Assembly (NCBI GenBank): GCA_007376295.1
Contig: VMGB01000001.1
Coordinates: 413,969 to 477,968 of the forward strand
Reading direction: 5' to 3'
Length of the DNA stretch: 64,000 bases
DNA from: Parcubacteria group bacterium Gr01-1014_13
GTDB taxonomy: Bacteria; Patescibacteriota; Patescibacteriia; Magasanikbacterales; GWA2-37-8
In this document: in pieces, positions 55,244 to 63,998 of the stretch
How positions within the stretch are numbered: the stretch's first letter is position 1
Layout: each line of letters opens with the position of its first letter
Notes under the pieces: model-generated
The model's input: only the letters and a program-made list of their open reading frames with translations
What the model was told of the DNA's origin: nothing
Database searches by the model: none
Program-made: the position numbers and the translations under genes

Positions 55244-56950
55244 ACCAAAACCAACCAAGGTAATACCTACCTAATCTACGCTCGTAAGAGTACGGATGAT
55301 TCTGAAAATCAAAAAAATTCTATAGACTACCAAGTGGGTGAATGTTTGAGATACTCAAAAACTAATAATCTTGTAATATCTGATTACTCCTTTGAAGGAT
55401 TAAGTAACAACGGTGTAATTAAAGAAAAACATACCGCATATAAAACTTCCGATATCTCCATCAATAAAGATGGTTCTTTTGTGTACCACATTGAACGCCC
55501 AAAATTTAAACAGCTCGTAGACAGTCTAATGAAAAAAGAATTTAAAGGTGTTATCTGTTTGTGTTGGGATCGTATAAGCCGTAATGACCAAGACGGTATT
55601 ATAATTAAAAACCTAATCAAAAATGGCATTGACGTTCGATTTGTCCAAACAAAATATGAAAAGACTAGCTCCGGAGCTTTACACATGGATATAGATGGCA
55701 TGTTCGCGGCACACTACTCTAGAGTAATAAGCGAGAAAGTAAAAGCTGCTTATTCAAAACTTCAAAGCGAGGGAAAATGTACTTACATAGCTCCGATTGG
55801 TTATTTAGATAAGGGTTCAGATAACAAGCCACTGGATTTAGACAGGGCACATATTGTAAAACAAATATTTGAAATGTACTCCGAGGGTGGTTGGAGTTTA
55901 AATCAATTGGCGAAATGGGCAAACCAACAAGGACTAACAACTAAGCCTTCTCGTAGTAAAAGAACTTCTCAAGAAGTAATGTCTGGCGAAGAAAACAATA
56001 AACCAAAGGTCGGTCGTCCTCTCAATGACAAAAGTGTTGAGCTTATTCTTAAAAATCCATTCTACATAGGCAAACTTAAAATTGGCGGCCAAATTATTGA
56101 CGGTATTCATCAGCCCTTAATCAATGTCGGTTTATTTAACAAGGTACAAGAAGTTTTGAAAAGCCGAAATGTAAAGGTCTATTACGTAGATAAAGAATTT
56201 TACACTTTTAGAGGACTGATAACTTGCGATTGTGGCAGATCTTATTCCCCGTACAGAAAGAAAGGTATTGTGTATTATCGTTGTCGTTGTAAAACTGACT
56301 GCACCAGTACCGATACAAACCTCAATGAAAGCGAAATTAATAGGGTTATAAACGATTTGATGGGTCAGATACACTTCAACGACCAAGAGCTCGCCGAAAT
56401 TGAATCTAGGGCAAAATTTGGGCTTCAAGAAGTATCAGATCGTAGAAACACAGAGATGGAAACGTTGAACAAACAAAGACAACGTCTTTTTGATGATTTG
56501 GACTATCTGCAAAACAATAAAATCACACTACTTCGGACAAATGTTTATTCCATGGAGAAAATTAACGACGAAATAAACAGTCTTGAAAGGAGATTAGACG
56601 AAATTGAGGAAAAAATGAAGGCTTACAAAGAAGCGGCCATCGATATGCTGAAGTATGTGCTATCTTTTTCCGAACTTGTAAAAGAGGCTAAGCTATACTA
56701 CGAACACGCACTTGATACTGAAAAAAGGGATATTACCTTATCTGTGTTTTCCGAACTGACTTTCCACAATGGAAGCTTATCTAAATTTAAAGCAAAAGAA
56801 GGCTTTGAAGCCCTCTTTAAAAGACACGACACGATATCTGGCTCCCGGGGTCGGATTCGAACCGACGACCAATTGGTTAACAGCCAACTGCGCTACCGCT
56901 GCGCTACCCGGGAATTTACGACACTAGTATATTTAAAATTTTCGCTTTAG
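55244..56950 (+). CDS. large serine recombinase (resolvase/invertase N-terminal catalytic domain + recombinase domain + zinc ribbon + coiled coil)
   Basis: Catalytic motif YLIYARKSTDDSENQ (Ser nucleophile); zinc ribbon CDCGRSYSPYRKKGIVYYRCRC; C-terminal coiled coil. The track ORF begins at 55181; Met at 55244 is the likelier start. The last ~38 codons are antisense to tRNA-Asn, so the true C-terminus is uncertain. Confidence 0.7.
   Translation, partial: TKTNQGNTYLIYARKSTDDSENQKNSIDYQVGECLRYSKTNNLVISDYSFEGLSNNGVIKEKHTAYKTSDISINKDGSFVYHIERPKFKQLVDSLMKKEFKGVICLCWDRISRNDQDGIIIKNLIKNGIDVRFVQTKYEKTSSGALHMDIDGMFAAHYSRVISEKVKAAYSKLQSEGKCTYIAPIGYLDKGSDNKPLDLDRAHIVKQIFEMYSEGGWSLNQLAKWANQQGLTTKPSRSKRTSQEVMSGEENNKPKVGRPLNDKSVELILKNPFYIGKLKIGGQIIDGIHQPLINVGLFNKVQEVLKSRNVKVYYVDKEFYTFRGLITCDCGRSYSPYRKKGIVYYRCRCKTDCTSTDTNLNESEINRVINDLMGQIHFNDQELAEIESRAKFGLQEVSDRRNTEMETLNKQRQRLFDDLDYLQNNKITLLRTNVYSMEKINDEINSLERRLDEIEEKMKAYKEAAIDMLKYVLSFSELVKEAKLYYEHALDTEKRDITLSVFSELTFHNGSLSKFKAKEGFEALFKRHDTISGSRGRIRTDDQLVNSQLRYRCATREFTTLVYLKFSL
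56838..56912 (-). tRNA. tRNA-Asn (anticodon GTT), CCA encoded
   Basis: The reverse complement reads TCCCGGG TA GCGC AGCGGTA GCGC A GTTGG CTGTTAA CCAAT TGGTC GTCGG TTCGAAT CCGAC CCCGGGA G CCA. Confidence 0.8.
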
Positions 56951-57010
56951 TCAAGATACTAACCTCAATTAAAATCCCCTGTATCCTCAAATGAGAACAC
57001 AAGGGATAAG

Positions 57011-58549
57011 CTATTTACACCGTTCTACATTCCAAATGTTGGCCTTTTCGCATTCGCGCTTCGATTTTAGCGCCTGCTGTCGGGCTTTTTCTCTGTTTAT
57101 TTCCAAATACAGCATGGCTACGCGTTGTAGAGCATCTTTGTCCAGCTTGTAGCGCCTAGCTATGAATCTTGCAACTTCCGCTTTTCTAGCTTGCAGAGCC
57201 GAATCAAAAGCCAGCCGAATACCCCAATTTTTAAAATCAGCGCGCGTATCGCTGTGGGCAATGTCTGCGGCCAGGTCAAAAGCCCCGCGGCGAAGAGCGT
57301 GCAGAAAGGCCCGTTCATTCCAGGCAATTATGTACGTATCGCTAAGACCATCTTTGTGTTGGACCAAGAAAGAGGTGACGGACCATTCTTCGTTGGCATC
57401 CAAAATTTTATTCAAGATACCATCACGATAGTCTTGAACTCTTTCTCCGCCCCACGGCTCAATGTTTAACACCTCGGCATAGTCTTGAGCTGCCAAACCC
57501 TCGGTTACCAATTTATCAAAATGATTTTTTCCCAAAGAAAGTTTTTCAATCGCGCGGCGAGCTAACACAAACTCCTGCGCTTTCAGGCTTAAATTAAAAA
57601 ACCATTCAGCCTTTGACTGAGGAATAAATACCGGGTCAACTTGCCCCAAAGTACCGCCAAGACACTTGGGATTCAAAAAGATCGCCTCTACCGTTTTATC
57701 TGACAACTTCTGTTTTATTGCCACTATCGCCGCCATGCCGCATTCATACTGCGTCACGGCTAGAGAGATAAAATTTTCATAATCCGCGGGAGTTTTCTTG
57801 AAACCGTCTTTCTCCAGAATTGCTTTGGCAAATGAAAACTTTTTGTCATTTAGGCCAATAGCAAATAAATCCGCATACTGCCCTGTCGTAAGCGGACACA
57901 TGTCCGCAATTTTTCCCATTGGCTCATACTCGTCGACAAAGACGGCCTTCCAGTAGGAATGATACTCACGCAATTCAGGACGTATCTGTTTGAAATTTTC
58001 AACCCAGCCATTTATCAATTTGCTTTGCAACTCTTTTGTGCCGGGCCTTTTGCAAGCCAAGCGCGCCACTTGGACATAATCAGCGCTGGTTGAAGCTACG
58101 GCACAGTTAATGGCTTTGTCCGCGTAAACTGCTCCCAGACTAAAATGATAAACCACATCGGCGGCGGTTTCGCAAAAATCATTTTTGGTTAAAAAAGCAA
58201 AAACTTCTTGAGCGAATGCCTCTTCGGTAGCGCGGTCGAGCTTGAACACTTTTGAAATGTCTTTGGCCTCGCCCACGCCCACCTCTCTGGTTAGGATCAC
58301 TTTTTGCCACATAGTCGCAGTGACGGCAGCAATGACTACGCGGCGATCCACTTTCTTTTTATCGGCAATCGCCTTGGCCTTGGCATAATGGTCGACTTTA
58401 GAGTCGGCAGCAAGTTCTCGATCTTCGAAAGTGAGTTCTTTGTAGAACTCCTGATAATTGGCTTCAGCTTCGGCAGCCGTTAAGACACGCCTTTGCGGCG
58501 AAAGAGATGCGCAAGAACACCATAACATCACGAACATTGCATGACGCAT
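57011..58549 (-). CDS. secreted hypothetical protein, high-GC gene
   Basis: 512 aa; N-terminal signal peptide (MFVMLWCSCASLS); no recognisable motif; GC content is visibly higher than the rest of the window. Confidence 0.45.
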   Translation of the reverse strand: MRHAMFVMLWCSCASLSPQRRVLTAAEAEANYQEFYKELTFEDRELAADSKVDHYAKAKAIADKKKVDRRVVIAAVTATMWQKVILTREVGVGEAKDISKVFKLDRATEEAFAQEVFAFLTKNDFCETAADVVYHFSLGAVYADKAINCAVASTSADYVQVARLACKRPGTKELQSKLINGWVENFKQIRPELREYHSYWKAVFVDEYEPMGKIADMCPLTTGQYADLFAIGLNDKKFSFAKAILEKDGFKKTPADYENFISLAVTQYECGMAAIVAIKQKLSDKTVEAIFLNPKCLGGTLGQVDPVFIPQSKAEWFFNLSLKAQEFVLARRAIEKLSLGKNHFDKLVTEGLAAQDYAEVLNIEPWGGERVQDYRDGILNKILDANEEWSVTSFLVQHKDGLSDTYIIAWNERAFLHALRRGAFDLAADIAHSDTRADFKNWGIRLAFDSALQARKAEVARFIARRYKLDKDALQRVAMLYLEINREKARQQALKSKRECEKANIWNVERCK

Positions 58550-58622
58550 GATTACCTCCGGCTCTTGATTGTAAAAGAGCTATTTTTACAGTATCATCGA
58601 GGTTAATTATCGTCAATCAGCT

Positions 58623-60797
58623 CTAGGCGGTTTCTCTACCCAATATACTATCGAGTTCATTACTGATAGATGCATAATCAAACTCATAACCTAAGACATC
58701 ATAACTCTCCTCTTTGCTTTCATTAGCAATTTTGAATTTACCGATTTTAAAGACCCCATCTTTTTCCACTACTACCACATTCGATTTTACCTTGCCATTT
58801 TCTACAACAAACAGACCGCGCAAAGGTCCTATTTGCTGTTTTACTGTCTCCTCCCCTTGTTTTTTTAATAAAAGATTTAGTTTTCTTTCCGCCTTTTCTA
58901 TATCTTTGGCAATAGCTACTCCGGCTTCAGCTCGTTTTAACGCTTGTAAATGAGACTCAACTAATTCCTGCTGATCGCTTTCTAGGGAGACGCTTTTTTC
59001 GGATTTTGCCACCACGGTTTTAATAACGCGAGTATTGGTTTTTTCTTTTAAGGCGAACAAAAAATCATCCAATTTTTCTTCACTCATGTTGCTGGTATCT
59101 ATAGCTAGAGCCAACTCATCGCCACCGACTTCGCCGGTAATTAAACCGTCTTTAAAACCAAATTTTTTACAAACTTGCGCCACTTTTTTTCTAAAATCCC
59201 GTAATTTTTCCGTAGTCAAATCCCCGGCAGACAATGCCAGTTCATTAAATTTATCCATTTTTTTCTTACCACTAACCTTGTCTACATCCTGTAAAATATT
59301 TTCGTATTCCAAAAGCTGATCTACTCCCAAATCCAAAACATCCAAACTTACATAGGCGCATTCTGACATAGCCACAGCTCTTTTGTTAAACTCGCTTTTT
59401 GAAGTATAGGCGCGGTCTTTTTCTTCGGAACGCAACATATCGGCCGCCAACTCTACTTCCCGATTCTCGAGGACTTCTCCTTTTTTAATCTTCTCAGATA
59501 AACTACGTGCTATGTTAATGTTGTCTTCGACTTGAGAAATCTCTTTCAGCGTAAACGGCTTTACCGTGTCTAAAATATTCAACTTTTTGACATAAAACGC
59601 GATATCCGCCAAATTATTTTTGTCTTCGGTTTTAAATTCGCCTTTGCGCACATCTCTGAGCACGTCTGGATTAAGGAAAAACTTTTCTCCTTTCTTGATA
59701 AAAATTTCAAATTCATTTCCTTCATTATCTGTTATCTTATTACCGTGCTCGCTAATTATTTTTTCTCGTAATTCTTTTATATTTCCCAGCTCAGCCTCAA
59801 TACTTTCTTCATTGTACTCCGCGCCATAATTATCCGGATTCTGCCTAGCCATCCTGCTTGTCTGCTGTGAATGATTTAGGCTTTCCAACTTGTCTTCCAT
59901 TTTGTCTCCGCCAACTTCCGATAGGCCGTAATTCATTTTAAACCCGCCCTTACCATTAGTTTTCTCGGATTTACCCTGCAAATCATTTTTAAATTCCTCT
60001 AAAATTTTAATTTTATCTTTATCTGTTACTTCTTCAACCATCAAGTCGTCAACTATTTTTTCTATAAATACGGTCATTTCTTTATCTATGGCCAAAGACA
60101 CCTCTTCTAATTTACCGGTATCAATACTGGAATCTTTGGAAATTTTTACTACTTCGATTTTATAATCGCTTTGTAGGATAGACGCATTTGTGTCTATTTT
60201 TTTTATCTCTCTTTCAATGACCCGGCGTTTCTCCGCAATTATTTTATTGGTAACTTGCGGACCGAGAATAACATCATTTAAATTTTTAATTGATAAAAAA
60301 TCAGCGCCCGGCACCAAAAAACTTAAAACTTTATCCCCTTTTTTTAATCCGGTAAATATTTTTCCCCAATTTTGGCGTTCCAAAACACCGGCCAATTGCT
60401 GGCGATTGAACTCTTGGCCTGTTTCCATTTTTTCTACTTCTTGGGCCAACTCAACATCTCTTTCGGCGCGACCGACAGTGTCAGGACTAATTTCTGTTTC
60501 TTTATCAACTTCTCCCTTATATAATCTTTCGATGGCTGCTTTAAACCGCTCCAAATCTTTGATATTTTCCGGATTCTTTTTCAACTCCTCGACAATTATA
60601 TTGTTTATTTCTTCTAACGCAGATTTAAAATCAAGTCCGCTCAGGTCTAACTTGCCTAATATTTCCTGCATATAGGCCGGGGTTTCACTTAATTTTATTA
60701 GGTTTTCAAAACTTGGCCCGGCCTGAGCTTCGGCTTGCTTCTCTTGAGATTTTTGATTTTCTGCAGGCTCCTGGCTGATTTCTTGATCGGTGTTCAC
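58623..60797 (-). CDS. large acidic hypothetical protein with C-terminal degenerate GGDEF-like (palm) nucleotide-cyclase domain
   Basis: 724 aa; residues ~490-600 contain AYVSLDVLDLGVDQL (DxD metal site of GGDEF/palm domains) and ITGEVGGDELALAID (GG(D/E)EF-like). The N-terminal 480 aa is coiled-coil and E/K-rich. Confidence 0.4.
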   Translation of the reverse strand: MNTDQEISQEPAENQKSQEKQAEAQAGPSFENLIKLSETPAYMQEILGKLDLSGLDFKSALEEINNIIVEELKKNPENIKDLERFKAAIERLYKGEVDKETEISPDTVGRAERDVELAQEVEKMETGQEFNRQQLAGVLERQNWGKIFTGLKKGDKVLSFLVPGADFLSIKNLNDVILGPQVTNKIIAEKRRVIEREIKKIDTNASILQSDYKIEVVKISKDSSIDTGKLEEVSLAIDKEMTVFIEKIVDDLMVEEVTDKDKIKILEEFKNDLQGKSEKTNGKGGFKMNYGLSEVGGDKMEDKLESLNHSQQTSRMARQNPDNYGAEYNEESIEAELGNIKELREKIISEHGNKITDNEGNEFEIFIKKGEKFFLNPDVLRDVRKGEFKTEDKNNLADIAFYVKKLNILDTVKPFTLKEISQVEDNINIARSLSEKIKKGEVLENREVELAADMLRSEEKDRAYTSKSEFNKRAVAMSECAYVSLDVLDLGVDQLLEYENILQDVDKVSGKKKMDKFNELALSAGDLTTEKLRDFRKKVAQVCKKFGFKDGLITGEVGGDELALAIDTSNMSEEKLDDFLFALKEKTNTRVIKTVVAKSEKSVSLESDQQELVESHLQALKRAEAGVAIAKDIEKAERKLNLLLKKQGEETVKQQIGPLRGLFVVENGKVKSNVVVVEKDGVFKIGKFKIANESKEESYDVLGYEFDYASISNELDSILGRETA

Positions 60798-60807
60798 ATT
60801 ATTATAT

Positions 60808-61134
60808 TTAAACTGAATTTATCTTAGATAAAATAATTTCCATCTTTTTATGATCTTCGTCGTTTAATTTTTGTTTATACAAACTTATTATTTCTTCATC
60901 TGATTTTTTTCTGGCGCGGATAATTTTATTATAAAAATCGTGATCTTCTTTAATTTTTTTATCCAAAATTTTTCCTTGCCATTTATTAACTTCAGATAAA
61001 ATTATTTTTAATTTTTTTAATCCGGCAGCGTCTAAATTTTCTGCTTTCGCCAAAATCTCTTCCTTAAATTTTATTTCAAAAACAAGGATATTTTCCAGTA
61101 AATTGTTAATTTCTTTTAAATCATCAACTGACAT
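60808..61134 (-). CDS. small coiled-coil hypothetical protein
   Basis: 108 aa, K/E-rich; lies 10 nt downstream of the GGDEF-like gene on the same strand. Confidence 0.35.
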   Translation of the reverse strand: MSVDDLKEINNLLENILVFEIKFKEEILAKAENLDAAGLKKLKIILSEVNKWQGKILDKKIKEDHDFYNKIIRARKKSDEEIISLYKQKLNDEDHKKMEIILSKINSV

Positions 61135-61137
61135 ATT

Positions 61138-62466
61138 TTACATTAACTGGTAACTCTTGGTTGGGTTTTTTATATGATTAAAGACTACTTCTTTAATATT
61201 AGATACGCCGAATTGCCGGCCATCTAAAAATCCTGACATGGCCGCTTCGGCTAACCAGCCGCTGTCCAGCCAATCAAATAGCCATTCATGGGTATATTTC
61301 GGATTATTTTGAGAAATACCAGCACCAATGGTTTTTAACCAAGTACGGTTATAAACTTCTTGGGCGCCCAGCGATGGGGCGGTGATAAGCGGAACACCTA
61401 AAGCTGTGTAGAAAACCAATTCACTGGGTTTAGTCCAAAGCACATCGGTGGTTCGCAAAGCTTCATTGAACTGGCGGAAATAGTCTTCTTTTTCCAGGGC
61501 AAAAATAATTTTAATGTTTTTGCCTAATAAATTTTTTAGACCGCACTCTTTAATTTTTTCTTGAAAATATAAATAAACATCATTGCGCGAACCGGCCACT
61601 AAATTTAAATGCAGATCTCCTTGCAAAAGACGTTTTTTTAGACCGACCAAAATATCATGGGCCATTGTTTTTTGGGCGCCAGCTCCACCGACGGCAAAGG
61701 TAATAGTAAGTGGGTGGGTTCCGTGTGTTTTATTGCTATCTGTTTTCAAAAACCGAGCTACAGTGTCGGCATACTTTTGTCTATATCTTTTCAGAGGATC
61801 AAGATTGTGAATTCTGCCCAATAAATCAGCTTTCAAAACATGCAGATCAGAACTACCCAAATTTTCTTCTGGCAAAGGAAACCCTGTGAGAAAAATATTT
61901 TTTTCTTTTACGCCATAAAGCTTTAATCTGTCCACTACCCGCCGGCAAGGCGCCAAATATTTTATCCGGCTTTTTTGAGGATTAATCGGGACCCAAGTGC
62001 GGCTAATATCGGCATCGCACAAAACCAGATAAATATCGTTTTTAAATTTATGCTCTTCGGCCATAAAAGCCGTAACAAAAAAGGTAGTGATAAGGGGGAT
62101 GTCTTTCGTATTGAGATACTTTATCAAATCTTCTCCCCAACCTTTTTTCATGAACGAATACATTTGCTTGAGTTGCAAATTTGGAGCTGACAAATCCCGG
62201 CGCGGATAAAAATCTTTTATGCTCTGTAATTTGTCGTACAGATTAAACAAAAATTGGCCAATCAAAGGAACGCTAATAAGCCGGGAAACAAACCCATAAA
62301 AAACTTCTGAATCATGCCAAATTCGATAATCTTTTTGAGGAATACCTTGATAGTTATTAGCGCTAATTACTTTACCTGTAGGAGAAAGATGACGCAAAGG
62401 ATAAGCTGCGCGCTGGTGGCCATATCCCATATCCACGGCCACTATCCAAGCTTGTTTCTCGGTCAT
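61138..62466 (-). CDS. GT28/MGDG-synthase-like glycosyltransferase (UgtP/MurG-related)
   Basis: 442 aa; N-terminal VDMGYGHQRAAYPL (the G-loop of MGDG synthase/UgtP) and a C-terminal GT-B motif GVPLITAPSLGAQEVYNRTWL. Confidence 0.5.
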   Translation of the reverse strand: MTEKQAWIVAVDMGYGHQRAAYPLRHLSPTGKVISANNYQGIPQKDYRIWHDSEVFYGFVSRLISVPLIGQFLFNLYDKLQSIKDFYPRRDLSAPNLQLKQMYSFMKKGWGEDLIKYLNTKDIPLITTFFVTAFMAEEHKFKNDIYLVLCDADISRTWVPINPQKSRIKYLAPCRRVVDRLKLYGVKEKNIFLTGFPLPEENLGSSDLHVLKADLLGRIHNLDPLKRYRQKYADTVARFLKTDSNKTHGTHPLTITFAVGGAGAQKTMAHDILVGLKKRLLQGDLHLNLVAGSRNDVYLYFQEKIKECGLKNLLGKNIKIIFALEKEDYFRQFNEALRTTDVLWTKPSELVFYTALGVPLITAPSLGAQEVYNRTWLKTIGAGISQNNPKYTHEWLFDWLDSGWLAEAAMSGFLDGRQFGVSNIKEVVFNHIKNPTKSYQLM

Positions 62467-62481
62467 AATTTATTAACCCCC

Positions 62482-63192
62482 TTAAAATTTAGATCTTTTG
62501 TTGTTTGCCCAAATAAAACCCATGGTCTTATCAAAATGAGACGGAAACACTTGTACGCCAAAACCGTTGGCTCTTAATTTTTCTTCCAATTCTTCTTTGC
62601 TTTTTTCTCTACTTATATGATACTCCAAAATTACATAATTTACCATCGCAAAATCATCAGCAGACATGCCATTAAACAGTTCGTATTCCCCTCCTTCAAT
62701 ATCCATTTTTAATAAAGAAATCTTTTTAAGCTTATTCTGCTTGCAAAAATCGGCAAAAGAAAAAGTTTGAACAGTAATTGTTTTTTCTGTCCTATCTTCA
62801 TCCCTGAAACTTGGTCCGGCCAAGTAATGATTGTGGCTATCTGCGGATAAAATTAATTGCCTTTCTTCAGTTTGTGAAGCTATTGCGCCGGAAACAACTT
62901 TTATTCCTAAAATTTTATTTTCAGCCAAATGCTGCTTGAATAAATTTAAATTATCCGGTTCCGGCTCAATAGCATAGATTTTTACTTTTTTATTCAACGA
63001 CCGGCAGTACATGCTGAAAAATCCGGCATGCGCGCCTACGTCTATTATAGGGTGCTTAGCATTTTTGATAACATCGTCGGCCGACCGATATTCTTTTAAT
63101 TTAAAAATTTCGTTATATACGCTCTGATCCGCCTCGTCGCGCAGATAAACATGCCAATCGTACCCGTTTAATTTTAAATTTATCTTCTGCAT
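62482..63192 (-). CDS. FkbM-family SAM-dependent methyltransferase
   Basis: 236 aa; IIDVGAHAGFFS (SAM-binding Gly loop) and the MDIEGGEYEL motif characteristic of FkbM. Confidence 0.7.
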   Translation of the reverse strand: MQKINLKLNGYDWHVYLRDEADQSVYNEIFKLKEYRSADDVIKNAKHPIIDVGAHAGFFSMYCRSLNKKVKIYAIEPEPDNLNLFKQHLAENKILGIKVVSGAIASQTEERQLILSADSHNHYLAGPSFRDEDRTEKTITVQTFSFADFCKQNKLKKISLLKMDIEGGEYELFNGMSADDFAMVNYVILEYHISREKSKEELEEKLRANGFGVQVFPSHFDKTMGFIWANNKRSKF

Positions 63193-63237
63193 ACCCCAGT
63201 ATTTTAGCTTAAAAAACGAGAATATACAACAAAAATA

Positions 63238-63266
63238 TTGACAAAAGATAAAAACTGTACTATCCT
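63238..63266 (+). promoter_or_regulatory. sigma70-type promoter TTGACA(63238-63243)-N17-TATCCT(63261-63266) driving a small structured RNA
   Basis: Perfect -35 hexamer, 17-bp spacer and a TATCCT -10; no plus-strand ORF follows. Confidence 0.4.
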
Positions 63267-63273
63267 TAATTCT

Positions 63274-63424
63274 GCCCTTCGGAAGAATAATCTGCGTGTC
63301 AATCTCGTAGTGAGAAGTCCTTTGTTTACTGCGGTTTCACCCCACCGCACCCGTGACGGAGCAACAAAGACGACCACTCCTGCAGATATAGGCGCCAACT
63401 ATTTTCCCGAAGGGCGCTTTTTTT
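63274..63424 (+). ncRNA. ~150-nt rod-like structured RNA with own promoter and terminator; possible signal-recognition-particle RNA (ffs) or other small RNA
   Basis: The 5' GCCCUUCGGAAG pairs with the 3' UUCCCGAAGGGC, which is followed by UUUUUUU. Nested stems are AUCUGC/GCAGAU and CUUUGUU/AACAAAG. The apical region CCCGUGACGGAGCAAC loosely resembles the SRP RNA helix-8 motif (GNRA loop + AGCA). Confidence 0.35.
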
Positions 63425-63436
63425 ACAAAAAAATTA

Positions 63437-63466
63437 GATCGGGCCGCAGTTGTGGCCCGATCTTTT
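63437..63466. terminator. bidirectional terminator GATCGGGCCGCAgttgTGGCCCGATC flanked by A- and T-runs
   Basis: Perfect 11-bp stem with a T-run on both strands; sits 3' of both the small RNA (plus strand) and the ClpP-like gene (minus strand). Confidence 0.6.
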
Positions 63467-63476
63467 ATTTTACAAC

Positions 63477-63998
63477 TCAGACAATTTCGTCAATGAGACC
63501 AAATTTGAGCGCTTCTTCAGCAAGCAAATCATGATCTTCTTTGCAAAGAGCAATTATCTCTCCTCGCGACTTCTTTGTCCTTTTCTCTAATATAGAAAAC
63601 AGGTTTGCCTGAGTTTCTCGCATCTCTGCCATGATCTTTTCCCATTCTTTAGCATCATCAATTTGACTGATCCTCACGTCAAAAATATTGTCATGAATCA
63701 AAACCAATGAACCTCGCATGCATTCTCGCCGATCGCATGCTTGAAGAATAGTGACGGCCGCTGAACGAGCGGCGCCGATAACAGTGCCGGTCTTTTCGCC
63801 GGGATAAAGGCGTAAAAGATCATATATAGCGAAACTTGCTCTTGTATTACCGCCATTGCTGGTAATCTTGATTGAGATTGGCGGATTGTCTTTCGTAGCC
63901 AACCTCATTATGCACTCCCGTACATAAATAAACATATCTTCATTGACTTCTCCTTGTAAGTCAATGATATTTTTTTCTAAAAGTTCCAGCTTCAGCAT
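63477..63998 (-). CDS. ClpP-family serine peptidase-like protein (S14)
   Basis: 173 aa; ITSNGGNTRASFAIYDLLRL...GAARSAA...LIHD parallels ClpP INSPGG...GxAASMG...MIHQP (Ser/His catalytic residues present). Shorter than canonical ClpP and not followed by clpX in this window. Confidence 0.55.
   Translation of the reverse strand: MLKLELLEKNIIDLQGEVNEDMFIYVRECIMRLATKDNPPISIKITSNGGNTRASFAIYDLLRLYPGEKTGTVIGAARSAAVTILQACDRRECMRGSLVLIHDNIFDVRISQIDDAKEWEKIMAEMRETQANLFSILEKRTKKSRGEIIALCKEDHDLLAEEALKFGLIDEIV

Larger units (their letters stand above)
49563..56912. mobile_element. putative integrated accessory element / defence island, bounded on the right by tRNA-Asn with adjacent serine recombinase
   Basis: Composition is heterogeneous, all ORFs are hypothetical or defence-like, and the recombinase gene's 3' end runs antisense through the tRNA. 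The left boundary is not defined and no direct repeats were found by eye. Confidence 0.3.

Noticed and set aside
54964-55263. Two overlapping ~70-96-aa ORFs (54964..55254 minus, 55057..55263 plus) in the recombinase upstream region
   Set aside because: They lie in an AT-rich regulatory region and overlap each other and the recombinase 5' end; they are likely spurious.
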